A DNA stretch of 64,000 nucleotides. Source: Protoeuglena noctilucae (lineage: Eukaryota). Numbering within the stretch: position 1 is the first letter of the stretch; each line of letters starts with the position of its first letter. Where the stretch lies: assembly GCA_958009085.1 (NCBI GenBank), contig OY253676.1, positions 868,001-932,000 of the forward strand, read 5' to 3'. The position numbers were made by a program, and so were the translations under genes. Positions 23,513-37,167 of this stretch are shown piece after piece. The notes under the pieces were generated by a model. The model made no database searches and had not been told where the DNA came from. It was given only the letters and a program-made list of their open reading frames with translations.

Positions 23513-26500
23513 TCACGGCTCCCCTCGCGCGTCGCGGTCCTGCGGTTGACTGCGCATGGTGGTCGTCTCTAGCACGGGCATCAGAGGCGCCACCTGCCGT
23601 GGCCCCACGGCCTCGCTGCCCCGCCGCGACACGCCCCCGAACTGGCTGTCCCGCCAGCTGGGCCGTTGCCCCAGCAACCACACCCCGCTGCTGCCCCGGC
23701 TGCGCGCACTCGCCACCGCCACGCCACCCTCGCGCCCGGCAGTGCGCTCCCCCGCCTCCCCCGCCCCCTTTTCCACTCCGCCTGACCTCTCCACGTCTGT
23801 CACTCCCTCTTTGCCCTTCCCCTCTGCAAGGCGCGATTTGTGCCGCGCCTCCCCCGCCGCCAGCACCGCCGCCCGCGCCCCCTCACTCAAGCCCACCGCG
23901 CCGCCCACACGGACCCAACGGGGCGCGGACAGCGAGCGCAGGGCTTGCAAGATGCGACCCTCGCAGCCCAGCCCAGCCTCAGCCAGCGACTGCTCTAGCC
24001 CGGCTGCAAACACGGGTGCTGTGGGAAGCGTGACGTCCTCCTCCGCATCTTTTGGCTTTGGCTCTGGGAGGCTCTTCTTCTTGTCTGTAAAAGTATCGCC
24101 CGGCTTCAGCAGGGGCCACCCCCGCACCGCCCGCCCCAGTACCTGGCTGGCCCATCGGTTGGCGTACTTGGCAACGAGCAGGTGGGGGTCGCGGATGACG
24201 CGCCCGGCCCTGGGTGCGCGGCGGTGGGCGAGGCGCCACAGGGCGCAGGCGACGGGGACGGCCAGGGAGTACACCTGGTAGGCCTGGCCTATGACCTGGA
24301 GGTGGCGGGGCGAGGAGAACGTAAGTCTTGCAGCATGCGCATGTGAAGGTTAACTGGAATGATGGCAGGTGAATGATACAGCGTCAGACTGGTAAACAAA
24401 GCGTGTAGAGGCCGGGGCAAGCGACGGGTGGGTTTGCCCCTGCCCCTATCATGTGATGGGGCCATGGCAGCTGCTCACTTGCACTCCGATGGCGAAGATG
24501 GCGGCGGCGAGGATGACCTTGGAGACGGCCTTGGCGAAGAGGAGCCGGGCGCGGTCGGTGCCTGTGCCGCGGACTTCGTGAATCTGGGCGACAAGGACGC
24601 TGACGTACATGACCAGCTCGGCCACGGCGCCCAGCGCGTCGACCAGCTGGTCGGCGGTGGCGTCCAAGGGCGAGTAGGTGAGGTCTAAGGCGAGTCCCAG
24701 GGCCGACATGGCCGTGATGGCGACCGTGGACGCCAGGGGCACCGAGGAGCGGCCCTGGGCAGCCGCTGCACCCATCAGCGCCAGCGCCACCAGCGCGTAC
24801 GCCGACCGGTACGTGGCCGTCACCAGGCCCATGTGCTGGCGGGCCGCCCACGCGCGCTCGCGGCGGCGCTGGCTCCGCCGCCTCGGCTCCAACGGGGCCG
24901 GGAGCGGCACGAGGACACCCCGGGGCGCCGTGGGGTCACTGTCGGTGGCAGCGGTGGCGTTGGTCGCGTTGGTGGTATCGTCGCTGGTCCCTTTGACGCG
25001 GACGACGGCCGGGCCACGCAGGGAGTCGAAGAGGATCCCGCACGAAGAGACGAGGAAGCGGCCGAGGGGCGTGGCGCCGCGCCACTCGCCGGGCGGAGAC
25101 CGGCGGAAGAATCCAAAGCCGGAGAGGAGCGGGACGGGCCAGCGGGCGCGGTGGGCGTGGCCTGGGGCGACCTCGTAGTACAGCACGCGCTCGTGAGGGT
25201 AGGCGAAGAGCTGCGGGGGGTTGAGATGAGGGGGGTTGTGATGGGTGTCGTCTCAACATGCATGCCTGATCCTGTGAGGAGATGAGTGGTGGTTGGAGCC
25301 TACCGTGGTGATGCGTGGGGTGTGGCAAGGCATGCTCGCTGAGCACCTCTCAGAGCACCTCTTGTGCCATGCAAGCACTCGCCTGGAGTGCCGTGACGAG
25401 GGCCAGGCCGAGGAAGAAGACGGGCAAGGCGATGGCGAGCAGGACGAGGGCGGCGATGAGGAGGGCTGCCCAGAGAGGGACGCTGAGGAGGGTCCCGGAG
25501 GCCTGGCAGACGACGGGGAGGACGAGGGCCGCAAGGAAGAGCTCGGGCTTGGGCCAGTTGAGCAGCGCGGGGGGAGTGCGGCGGCGGAAACGGGGGTGCG
25601 GGGGAGGAGCAGCGGCGGTTAGGGGCTTCGACTCGGCGACGGGGGCGTCGATGGTTGCAGGCGCTGGGGCAGGGTCGGTACCACTCTGTGCGGCAAACAG
25701 GGGGCGGGACTCGGGCACTTCCCCGCTGTCGTTCGAGGCTATATGTCGAAGCTTGCCCTGTGCTAAGCTGTCTTTGGCAGCATCGCCGTCTGCAGTGCTG
25801 ATGGCGGGTGCAGGTGGGGCGGCGTGGCTTGGCAAGGAGCCCCATGGGTTGAGCGTCGCCTGCGCAGGCTCAGTGTTCTGTGACGTGGGTTCCTTCGAGG
25901 ACGCATGCGTGGCCATGCTGGTGTGGCGTCGGGAACTGGCGCGTCGGATGGGCTGCTGAAGCCACCCTTTGGCGCGAGCGAAGCGGTGTGCGGGGGTGTC
26001 CCAGCCGACAGCGAGGAAGATCCCCAGGTGGAAAGCGGTGAGGCCGAAGCTGGCGACGATGACCCAGAACACCTGCCGGGCGGCCTGCTGCACGGCCGTC
26101 ACTTGCGCAGAGGACAGGGCGGCTGACGAGGAGCTGGATGAGGACGCGTCGGTCTGCAGGAGCCGCCTGCGAGGGATTGCGGGCCGCGAGCGGAGGGTAA
26201 GGCACACAAACACGAGCAAGCGACAGATGCAAGAGGGGGTGCACATGTGGATTACCTCGCGGCAGGGGTGGCGGTGGAGTTGGTGGTGGCGGTGGAGTTG
26301 GTGGCGGCGGTCGTCCCATAGCCCAGGTGTGAGCTCACGACGGCGTCAGTGGGGGCGGGCCACTGCGCACCACGTGCCATGGGCTCATCGTCGACCCACT
26401 GTCCGTCACGCTCTGAGCTCATTCACGACCATATATCGTGCATGACACGCTGCATCCTTATCTGTAGCTCACCTGCATGTCGAAGACGGACCCGATGGCC

Positions 26501-29500
26501 CCGGTGAAGTCGTTCAATGCCGTGTCCACGAGCGAGGGCAGCAGCGAGTGGACGCCGCCCACCGACTGCATGGTCCTGCAAAGACAGGGAAGCGCTGGTA
26601 TTGATGCATAAGTGGTGCAGAACGAAGGCCGTTCCTCAGCGAAGTAGCTCTTTTACCTCCCACCAAAGCCATGCAAGCCGCCCGACTGCCACCCGTCCTC
26701 ACCCGGCCACGGCCGCCATGCGTGCCCCGGAGATGACCGACGACCCCGCAAAGCTCCCGCCACTCCCGATGCCGCCCACCGCCAGAGCGGTGGCTGCCAC
26801 CGAGGACGCGGCCGCGAGGGTCGGGGCGGCGGCAGCGACAATGACCACGCCGTTGCCGAGGGTCTTCCCGCTGACCGGCGCCGCCTGGCACATCCAGGTG
26901 AGCGTGGCGCTCGCCAGGCACGCGTTGCCGAACGCGTCGCTCAGGCTGCCGGGTGGGACGGTCACTGACACGACTTGGTCCGCCGCGGTCAGGTCTGCCG
27001 TCACGGACAGCGTGAAGGCGAGCCGGGCATCGTCGAAGGCCTCGACGGACACCACGCCTGGACCCGAGACGGATAGGGCCGATGCGACGGCCGCAGCGCC
27101 ACCCACCGCCGCCGCGCTCAGCGTCAGCGTGGCGGTGGCGGTGCTTCCGCAGGGGAACACGCGGGGTCCGGCCGGGGCCAGGGACGGCGTGAGTGGCGCT
27201 GTGACGACGCGGAGAGCCACGGTGGGGCCGAGGGCACCAGGGGACGGGAGGAGGGTGGCAAGAGCAGGGGCGAGGGTGACAGTCACGACGCCGTCGACAT
27301 TGGCCGCGATGCTCAGGCTGAGCGTGACCGTGGCGTCGGTGTAGGCGGTAACCGAGGCGGTGGCGGTCGATGTGGGCGATGCGGTGACGATGGCAGTGCC
27401 TGCTGCTTTGACCTGGGCGAGAGTGGCTTGGGACAGGGGCGTTGCGAAGGTGACTTGCAGGACCAGGCCGGTCGCCAGCACGGACACGGGGCTCCCGGCG
27501 CTGACGGCCAGGCACGGCTCCACGGCTGGGAACTGCCCCGTCAGCGAGGGGCCCAGCGCCTGTGGTGCAAAGAGGGCGAGTGATCAACGGGTGTGTCTGA
27601 ACAGGACACGCTGCCAGGGCCACTGCTGCTCGCCCTGTTCACGCACCTGCCTCAACTCGAGCACGGCCGACCGTCCGCTGAGGGCCGTGGTGGGCCAGGA
27701 GGCGCAGGCGAGGTCAGCACGCGTCGCTGCCCAGGGCGTGTTTGGGTCGGGCGTAGGCGTGGGTGTCGCTGTGGGCGTGGGAGTCGCCGTGGGCGTGGGG
27801 GTTGGTGTTGGGGAGGCTGTTGGCGTGGGAGACGGGGTCGGGGTTGCCTCCACAGTCGGCGTGGGCGAGGGCGAAAGCGTGGGTGTGGGATTTGGCGCTG
27901 TCGTGGGTGCAGGGGTCTGCGTAACTGGGGCGGGAGTCGCGGGCGCCGGTGTCGGTGCCAGCGTCGGCGTGGGAGTGGGCGTGTGTGTGGGTGTTGGTGT
28001 GGGGGTGGGCGTCGAGATGTTAGACGAGTCGTACATAGGGATGGCAGTGAGATTGTTGCCCATATCCGATGTCGACGTCCCACGGTCCCTCGTGTCGCCG
28101 TAGCCGAGCTGCCCACGGTCGTTCGCCCCTGCAGGCAAGGCAAGACCAGGCGTGTGCATGGCAGACCGTTGCCAGGTTATGGTGCATTGTGCATGGCATT
28201 ACACTCCATCACCATGACACGCCACCAGCTGAAATGCCCTTGCCATGGCTCACCCCAGCAGACCGCGTTGGAGTCGCTGAGGACCGCGCACGTCGAGTTG
28301 CCCCCCGCGGCGACGGCCGTCGGCGTTCGCGACCCGAAGTCCACGGCCGGCAGCGCGTCGCCCATCTCCCCGGACTGGGCCCCGCGGTTGGCGCTGTCTC
28401 CCACTCCGAGCTGCCCGTGGCTGTTGTCCCCCCAGCACTTGACGGAAAGATTCGACGAGACGTCCGCGACAAGGGCGCACGTGTGGCTGGCGCCGAGGGC
28501 AAGGGACCGGGCCGTCAGTCCCTTCCCCAGGTCCACCGTCGGGAGGCTGTCGCCCATCGTGCCCGCCGTCCCACCCCGCGCCGTCGTGTCGCCCTGACCC
28601 AGCTGCCCGCTCGCGTTGGTACCTGCGGGGGAGTTGGGCACCTTGCATAACAGACTGGCCCACCCTGTGCCAACCGTGCCATGCCAAAACAGTCGCACCA
28701 TGCCTATCATACGTATCCGTCTCACCCCAGCACTTGACGGAGCTGTCGGACAGGATGGCACACACGTGGGCCTGCCCCGCCGCGACCGCCGTGGCGCTGA
28801 TGCGGGTCCCCAGGGTCACCGCCTGGGGGGTCCAGGTGGTCCCGCCGACAGTCGACGCCTCCGATGCGATGCCCAGCTGCCCCGATCCGTTGGCGCCCCA
28901 GCAGTACACGGCTCCCGCCGAGAGCACGCACGTGAGCCCCTGCCCCAGCGCCACACCGTCCACGGCCCCCGATGCCGCGAACGACGTCGGCATCCTCGCG
29001 CCCATGTCGGACGCCTGCACGCCACGGTCAGTCGTGTCGCCCAGGCCGAGCTGGCCTGAGGCGTTGTACCCCCAGCACACCACGTGAATCTGCTGGTCCG
29101 TCCCTGTGTAGTCCGAACACACGTGGCTGGCCCCGACTGCCACGTCCTTGCCGCTGGCCGGCAGGCTGATGGCGGGCAGGTTGCTACCCATCGTGTTGGC
29201 GGCACCCCCGCGCCCGGCTGCGTCGCCCTGGCCCAACTGTCCATGCGTGTTGGCACCCCAGCAGGCAAGGTTCAGCTCAGTCCCCTGTGCGCACGTCAGG
29301 TCCGTCCCTAGCGCCAGTTGCTGGGGCGAGAGCGACAGGGACACGACGGGGAGGTTAACGCCCATCTGGCTAAGGGCCGTGCCGCGATCGGACGTGTCTC
29401 CGAGTCCTAACTGCGGCAGAGCAACGGAGGACGCTGGTCATCACATATGCAGATTGCAATGCACAGACCAGCCCTCTTATTCACAGCCACCTCAAACCAG

Positions 29501-29828
29501 CCGCCCAGACCTTACCTGTCCGCTATCGTTGGCGCCCCAACATTTGGCTACCGTAGTCACGAGCTGTCCGCCGGTCTCCTGTATCAGAGCGCACGCGTGG
29601 GCAGACCCACTGAATATTTTCGTCACGGTGTCGGCGCTTGCCCTAGGCCATCCACGCCAAAGCGCAAGAATCCCCGCGAGGAGGACGAGACGTGTAACCT
29701 GCAAGGCGCGGTTAACAGGTGCACTCGCGGTGCGGAGGGCAAAGTAGTTGTACGAAGGATGTGCTCGTTCGCGTCGCTGCACGCTGCGCATGACACGCGC
29801 ATTGCAAATTCACCTTCCGATACGTCAT
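23513..29828 (-). CDS. Cell-surface multi-pass membrane protein: signal peptide, RCC1 repeats, Thr-Pro stalk, Ig-like region, multi-TM C-terminal domain
   Basis: [27 protein letters not shown] signal; about 7 CWG.N..GQLG.GD repeats; (TP)n; beta-rich region ending [16 protein letters not shown] segments with [17 protein letters not shown] and [10 protein letters not shown]. Confidence 0.8.
27750..28010 (-). repeat. Hexanucleotide-type repeat encoding a (Thr-Pro)n stalk
   Basis: [25 protein letters not shown]...[14 protein letters not shown]. Confidence 0.85.
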
Positions 29829-30618
29829 TGTGAGGGGGAAGTGGCCCAAGCGTCGCCGGCTAGCACTCCTTGGCGAGCTCATGCATCTCCCCATGTGAAG
29901 CTGCTTCGAGACGCCGCGTGATTGTTTAAAAGCGAGAGGCGTATCAAGGTGAAACGCGAAACAGACACTCGTCAGGAACCCATAGATTTAAGTGACCATC
30001 GCGGCGCGAGGGGACCGGTGAAGGCTGCTATTGCGGTGCTGCTGGCTGCAGCAGTCTCCGAGGAAAACCCGGAGCAAACTAAACCGGAACATGCATTACA
30101 ATTCTCACCCGCAAAATGCGTTGCGGAGGCAGGGGCGCCGTGGGACGGAACGGCAGCAGACTCGCCAGTGCGATGCGTGCCCTGGTGTCAGAAAGAAGCT
30201 AGCAGGAATCGCGCGTGCAGCGCGATGCCCATCACGCCATTCGCGACGAGTACGGTCCACAAAATTGTCCTGGCCCACCCGCGGCCCCCCAGATCCCCGG
30301 AGCCTGCCGCGCCCGGGCTCTCCAGGCCCTCGCCGTCACTGGCCGACCCGTGGCTCGGATCGACGGGGAACGACGACAGCGCGTGGTTGAATCTGCGAAC
30401 AATCGCGGACGTTCGATTGAATGACATCGGCAAAGCACAGCAGTCGTCGACACTCACGTGGCCACACGCCCCCCTGCCCCGCTCACCGGCCGCCCCCAAA
30501 GACCATGCGTGGCTTCGGCGGCAACGCCCCCGGCTCCCTCGCGCTTCCACGGGGAGTCTTGCGCATGTCTGCGGGTGCAGAAACGCCAGATGAACATGCA
30601 CACACGTGCCATCCCACC

Positions 30619-33600
30619 TCAAGGCAGGCCCCGCCGCGACCCACCTGCCGGGTGCATGAGGGACCCCTCCCGGCTGGAGGGCTCTCTACGCGTCAGGAAA
30701 CCCACGGCGGAGAGCGCGGCCGCGATGCCCACCACCGCCTGCGCAGACAGGTACCACATCGGCACAGCCATGACCGCGGCCCCTGACGCCGACTGCCTGG
30801 GCACCCGGGCCAGCAGACCCTCGAGGCGCGCCGCGTCTCTCCCCTGCTGCGCCTGCACCGCCGCCACCGCTGCCCCCGCCACGGCCCCCGGCGCTGCCTC
30901 GGAGGCCCTCCGCAGCGCGGTGAGGTCGCGCACGATCGCGGCACGGTTGCCCGTCCCTGCCTCTAAATCCACCGAGTACCGCAGAAGGTCCTCCATCGCA
31001 GACAGACGCTCCTGCGTTATATGATACATGTCATGAATACCACTTATTATGGTACACGCGACAACAAAACCGCAAAGCTGGGATGGGACTACGAGCAGCA
31101 CTTATGACTGCGTTGCATGGCATCTGCCGCACCAAGCCACGCCTCACCAGCAGCAGCTCCGTGCTGGGTCCCAGCCCCGGCGCCGCCCCCGTCCCGATCG
31201 CCCCCAGCGCCCCGTCCAGCTCCGCGACCACCTCCTCCACCAGCCCCACGGTCAGCGACTGGGCCCACTCCAGCGCGGCCACTTTCCGCAGCAGCCGCTG
31301 CGTTGACGACTCGTCCTCCAGCTCCCGCCCCACCATCTCGCTCGCCTCCCGCACCGCAGCCAGCTTGTCCCACACGCCATGGCCCCAGAACTGAGGGCGC
31401 ATCGCGATGCTCCCCACGTCTCCCACCCCAGGCTCCACCGCGGATGAGACGGGGCCAGATACGGCCCGCGCATCCGGTGCCGGTGCGGGCGCGGAGTTAC
31501 TCCCGGCCCCTGGCTCCCTCGGTCCCCTGCCGCCCTCCGTTCCCGCGTCCCCGCCATTCGGGGCAGGCGATGACTGAGCCCCGCCACCCTTGCCAGCCCC
31601 GCCGTCCTTCTTCCCGCCATCCCCGCCCTCCGGAGAGCCACTCGCACGCCCGTCCGCCCCTTCTTTCCCCCCTTGCGCACCCCGCTCGCCCTCCCCAGCC
31701 CTCGGCTCCGCTTCACCTGCGCCCGTCGCTACGCCCGGCGCCACCCCCCCCGCCCCTCCCGGCGGCACAGAGCCACCCTCCGACCCCCCCGTCCCGACGT
31801 CCCCGCCCGCTGCACACCTCCTCGCATCCTTGCCAGGCTCCTTTCCCTCACCGACCCCCGCGTCCACACTGTCCGTGCCGCACCCTCTGCCTGCCTCGCC
31901 CTGCGAGCCCCCCTGCGCCCCTTGGCAGCCCGCGTCCGCTCTCGTCCCGCCCGCTCCATCCTTTGGCACCCCCGGCCCCTCCCCCGCCCCAGGCTTCTCA
32001 CCATTCCCATGCGCGCCCTCGCCCCCCGCCGCTCCCGTCTGTACACCGCCCGTCGCCGGCGCGACCACAGCTGCGTCCGTTCCCACCGCGCGGCCCCCCG
32101 AGCTCCCACTTCCCGCACCCTCACTCGGCGGTCCATTGCCATTCCCACTGCCCCCACTCGCCCCTCCCTTGCCGTGATCATCGCCCGCCACGCCACCCGA
32201 GCCGCCGACAGCGGCAGCCGGGTCTGCGCTCCCCGACTGCCAATCCCCGTCCTCCGAAGTCCCACCATGACCACGCGTCTCGTCGCCACGCGGCCCATGC
32301 CCGTCTGTGCCCGACGCACCCCCGTTTGCTGCCCCCGTACCCCCTTTTGCACCACCACTTGCACCCCCATTTGCCCCGCCATTCCTACCCCCACTCCCAC
32401 CCCCATTCGCCCCGCCACTCGCACTCGCACTCCCACCCGCGCTGCCACCCCCACTGCTACCCCCACTCGCACCCCCGCTCTCACCCCCATTCCCTCTCCC
32501 CCCATCCTCCGACCCTGCCCGCGATGCTCCTCCGGGACTCGCACCCCCCTCTGCTCCCCGGGATCCCTCAGCAGTGCCGCTGCTCGCCCCAGGCGCCCCA
32601 CCGGCGGTGCCCTTGCCCCCCCCGCCCTGCCGCGACTGCCGCAGCTCCCTCTGCCGCCCCTCCTCCAGAGCTGCCAGGTCCTCACTGCCAACGCCCATCA
32701 CCTTGAGAATCGACAGACAGCAGTTGACCTCAGAACCCCTACGAGTGACGAAGCCAAGAGGGGCTCCGTTGACACAAAGGGTGTGGGCAGTGCTGTGGTG
32801 GGCAGTGCTGTAGGAAGAGCGAAAAGCGACTGCAGGGTGAGGGCAACGAAGCAGCGGGGTAGCTCACCAGTAAGACGTGAAGTGGATGAGTATGTAGCGC
32901 GCGAGCTGGGGACGGTCCAGCACAAACTCCTGGGGTGTCGAATGGACGTTACGTGCCGTGAAGGAGCCCAGCTTGCGCCAGTCTGCGGGGTGTAGGCAGC
33001 GAGGGTAGGGTCAGGTGCGGTAACATGCGCCCAGGACAGCAGAGGTTTCAAGAGCGCAAGTACTGCAAGTGAATGCCATCCTGCGCGCAGCCTGTGCAAC
33101 ACAACGCCCCACCCACCTGCCAAGTTGGGGAGCTCCCCGCTGACGAGGGTCGGCCGAGATTTCTTCGAATAGACTGCGAAGTCCCTGACTCGCGACGAGT
33201 GCATCTCGTAGTCCTCCAAGACCAGAGAGTCCACTGCAGGGGCAGACTATGAGACGCGGGTGTGCCGTGACGTGTAGCCATCGACACACAGTGGCACCGT
33301 GGGGGGCTTGGCGGCCGTGAATGAGGGCAGGAAACGGCAGTTGAGAGCGCAGCAGCAGCACACCCAGCTGCTGCCCTGCATCGCAAAAGGGCTCAGCTCG
33401 CATAAGCCGTGCATGTGACCCCGCCCCGCTCGCGCTCTCACCGAGCACCTCCTGCGGCATCTCCACGACGAGCCAGCGGTCGTTCGGGCACGGAGACAGC
33501 GTGTAGGTCGCGGATGACTCGGTCAACACCTCGCTAGACTTCTTGGCGCCGGGGTTGGCGTGAATGACCTTCGCGCCCATCGACGACGAAGCGTAGTTGA

Positions 33601-34425
33601 GGCGGGGGGCGTCGGGAGGGATCACAGCGCCGGGATGGCCCTGTCCCGCACCCCTGGAACCTCCCTCCGTGCCCGACGGTGGGCCCACGGTCTCGGTCCC
33701 ACTCCCCGGGGGACTCCCATCGCTCCCCGGCCCCGCCGCGCCTAGGCTTCCGCCCGGATCCGCCCTCGCATCCGTCGCGCCGCCTTTATCGCTCGAGCCA
33801 CGCGCGGCATCGGCCCCGTCCGCGGCCGCGTGGCCTCCCCCGGCCCCCTCGGTGTGCGGCTGTTGATCTGCCGCGCCCTCCCGCGGCTCCTCCACACCAC
33901 CGGCCGAGGCGCCACTGAAGATTGGCATATCAGGGCTATCTCCAGCCAATGCGCCATCGTCCGCGTCGGGAGGGGGCGCCTCGCGCGCGGTCCACCCTGC
34001 CGCCACTGGGCACGTGCAAACCTCGCCCTGGATTCGCGCCGAGCCGGGGAGCCAGCGCGCCAGGATGGCAGCCGACGCTGGAAGACCTCTTGATCCAGCC
34101 GACATATGTTCGAGGGGTTCGCCGCGAGCATGTGGCGCCATGGCCCAGACGCAACCATGGAAGCTCTCCTCCCAAACGGCGCACGTGGACGCCGTCATGG
34201 AGCAGTCATGGTTGGCCCCAGTGCAATCTGCGTCGCAGGCGAGGGGGGCGATAGCGCGGCATCGATTGTCCGAGGGCTGGTCTTCCGAGACACAAGTCCA
34301 ATGCGAAGGTCGTCCCTGCCGCACTCACCGCCACCCTGCGCCCCAGTGGGCGTTCCCAGCACCTTTGTCCCGATGAAGACGAACAGAGCTAAACAGATGG
34401 CCACGCTAGGAGGTCGCGCAGGCAT
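30619..34425 (-). CDS. Mid-SUN domain protein (SLP1/SUCO/plant SUN3-5 type)
   Basis: N-terminal hydrophobic segment; NYASSSMGAKVIHANPGAK..YTLSPCPNDRWLVVEM; EMHSSRVRDFAV; WRKLGSFTARN...YW|GSEVNCCLSILKVMG; then a coiled coil and a C-terminal TM helix. Confidence 0.85.
32310..32500 (-). repeat. Degenerate 12-nt repeat encoding GG(A/S)(S/N) Gly-rich linker
   Basis: GGESGGASGGSSGGGSAGGSASASGGANGGGSGGRNGGANGGASGGAKGG. Confidence 0.7.
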
Positions 34426-34569
34426 TCTCCCCCCGAAACCGTGCGCCTCACGGCGGCCGCATGCCGCGCTGGACGCTTCCGTTGTCCACGCGTGTTTGCA
34501 AATTCCCTCTTCATCAACTGCAGCGGGTTCTGCGACTTGCGCGCCTCTATGGAGCTCTGCCCGACTTGA

Positions 34570-36793
34570 CTAAGGCTGACTCGCACCCTGCGCGCGCGCC
34601 ACCGCCCGCTCGAAGGCATCGAACCCCTGATTCACCTCCTCCTCGTTCACCGTCTGCAGGGGAAGGGTAGCCCACTGTCAATCGATCCACAAGCGGGGAC
34701 CAAGTGAAACGACGAATGGATCGCACAACACGTTCTCCCACCCCGCGCGCCCTCTGGATCCCAGCACGCACCAGCGGGGGCAGGAAGCGCACCACCTCCC
34801 GCGCGCCGGCGGTCATGAGCAGCAGCCCCTCCTCCTGCGCAAACTTCGCCACCCGGGACGCCATCCCCTTGTGGCGGGGGTCAAACTCCACCCCCATCAT
34901 GAGCCCCTTGCCCCTGACTTCCAGGACGGCAGATGGCTGCTTCTTGGCCAGGGCGTGGAGGCGCTGCGACAGCTGCGCGCCCCGCTCTGCGAAAACACGC
35001 AAGGGGGCAGGTCGGGTTTGCGTGGCGCATTGGCGCAACCCGAATGGCACTGGGGCGCAACATGCCATTCGGCAAACGCCCACAGAGACGCACCCGCCGC
35101 GTTCCTCAGCACCCCCTCCTCGCGCATGGCGTCGATGGTCGCGCACGCCGCTGCCGCCGCGATCGGGTTGCCACCGTAGGTGCCCCCGAGCGACGCAGGC
35201 GTGCACTTAGAGAAAAGCTCTGGCCTGGCCGCGATCCCTCCCATGGGCATCCCCGACGCAATGCCCTTGGCGAAGACCACCATGTCGGGCCGGGCGCGCC
35301 CCAGCGTCTCGTGCGCCCACCACTGCCCCGTGCGGCCCATCCCCGACTGCACCTCGTCAAAGACGAGCAGGATGGAGTGCCGGTCGCAGATCTCCCGGAG
35401 CCCCTCGAGGAAGCCCTGCGAGCGATGTCAAGAGGGAGATGGGCGAGCGCGGTTTCCAGCGAGAGTGCTGGCGACGCACGCTGGGCCTAAGGCAGTCCGC
35501 GCGTCACAAGTGGTAGTCGTGGCAGTCGCTGGGATACGTATATATCGACAACGCACCTGCGGCGGCACCACGAAGCCCCCCTCGCCAAGGATGGGCTCCA
35601 GGATCATGGCCGCCGTCTCCCCGGGCGCCGTCTGCGTCTTTAACACCCACTCGACCTGCTCCAGCGCCCATTGACCGACCGCCTCGGGGGAGAGGCCCAT
35701 ATGCTTCATGGACGCCCAGTAGGGGAACGGGGCGAAGCGCACCCCGGGCATGAGGGGACTGCGAGGGGGCGGTGCGATGAGCTGTTGGTTGTATACAATG
35801 GCCTGGGTGCAGGCGTGAGCTCACGAGCGCAACCAACGCACCTGAATCCGGCCATGTAGACTGTCTTAGAGGAGGTGAGGGCCATGGCGCCGTACGTGCG
35901 GCCGTGGTAGCTGCCCGTGAAGGCGATGACGTTTGGACGGCCCGTGTACGCCCGGGCCACCTTGACGGCGTTCTCAGCGGCCTCCGACCCCGAGTTGACG
36001 AAGAGGAACGTGTCCAGTCCGTCTGGCATGACCTGCGTGGCAGGGTTGCGGGCGCTTGATGAGGGCGGCAGAAGATCTGAGGGAAAGGCAGGGGGCCGGC
36101 ACGAGAGGACGCTAAGCCAGCCTATGATGCCGCCCTTGCCTTGGCGAGCCGCGTGCACAGCTCGGCGACGGGCAGGGAGACGTCAAACACGTTCTGCTGA
36201 GCGTGGATGACCTTGGCCGCCTGCTGCTGGATGGCCTCGACCACCCGCGGGTGGCAGTGGCCCAGATTAGTGACGCCAATCCCCGTCGTGAAGTCGAGGA
36301 ACTGGGAGGGTTGGGCATCGACGGCGGCGTCGCGGCAAAGGCCAGAGGTCCCACGGGGCGAGCGCAGTGGGCGATGCCAGGGCTTGGCCCCCTCACCTTC
36401 CTGCCAGTGCCTGCCTCGACGATCCAGGAGCCCATCGCATGGTCGGGAACGATGTCCGATACGTGGAAGAGCGCAGACGGCAGGTGCCTGGCGGCAATGG
36501 CGCGCGCCTCCTCCCGCACCGACGCGCTCTGCGGCGCCGAGGCCCCCGACAGCTGCGGTCAATAGAAGTTGGAAACTGCGTCGCATGCATGTCAGGGACA
36601 GGTCAATAACGCGATGGCAGAGCGCTCAGCAGCTCAACAAGCGACCGCGTACTCGGCATGGGCCCTCGCTGTCGACAGCAGCTGAACGACCCTCGGTGCG
36701 GGCTCGTCAGGCACACGACATTAGCGTAAACATTGCGTGAGTCCCACTCACCCAGCGGGAGCCTCGGCGCGCGAGGGCTCTGGTCCACGGCAT
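34570..36793 (-). CDS. Class-III PLP aminotransferase (4-aminobutyrate aminotransferase GabT-like / acetylornithine AT-like), probable mitochondrial presequence
   Basis: FLDFTTGIGVTNLGHCHP, NSGSEAAENAVK, FTGSYHGRT, EPILGEGG, FDEVQSGMGRTG, PDMVVFAKGIASGMP, GGTYGGNP, EVRGKGLM, VRFLPPL. Confidence 0.9.
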
Positions 36794-37167
36794 CTCAGCA
36801 AGGAGGACGCGCGCTCTTGTTCACAACCCCGACGAGTCTATACCGCCCAGTGTTGCTGGCAATTCGGAAAAGCGCTGACTGGATTCGCGTGGCTCGGGCC
36901 TCGACCAGGGGAGCGGGACTGTTCTGCCAGTCCAACATCTGGCAGCCAGCAGCCCTTCTTTGAGACGAACTCGCACCGGACAAAGGGTATGCAGCATTAA
37001 CTGCAGAAGCTGGCTGCTTGCGTCACGCGTTTGGCCGGCCATCCTCCCTGCATTGCGTGCATCCACCTCGATCCGGCAACTCCACCCTCGTTAGCGCGCC
37101 AATCGCATCGCCGGTCCCTCTAACAGTTGCCCCTGCAAGTCGTACTGTAGGCTTGCAAGCAGACAAG

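Noticed and set aside
27750..32500. Short periodic repeats as possible CRISPR or satellite arrays
   Set aside because: They are degenerate coding repeats (Thr-Pro and Gly-rich linkers) with no constant repeat-spacer structure, in a eukaryotic context.
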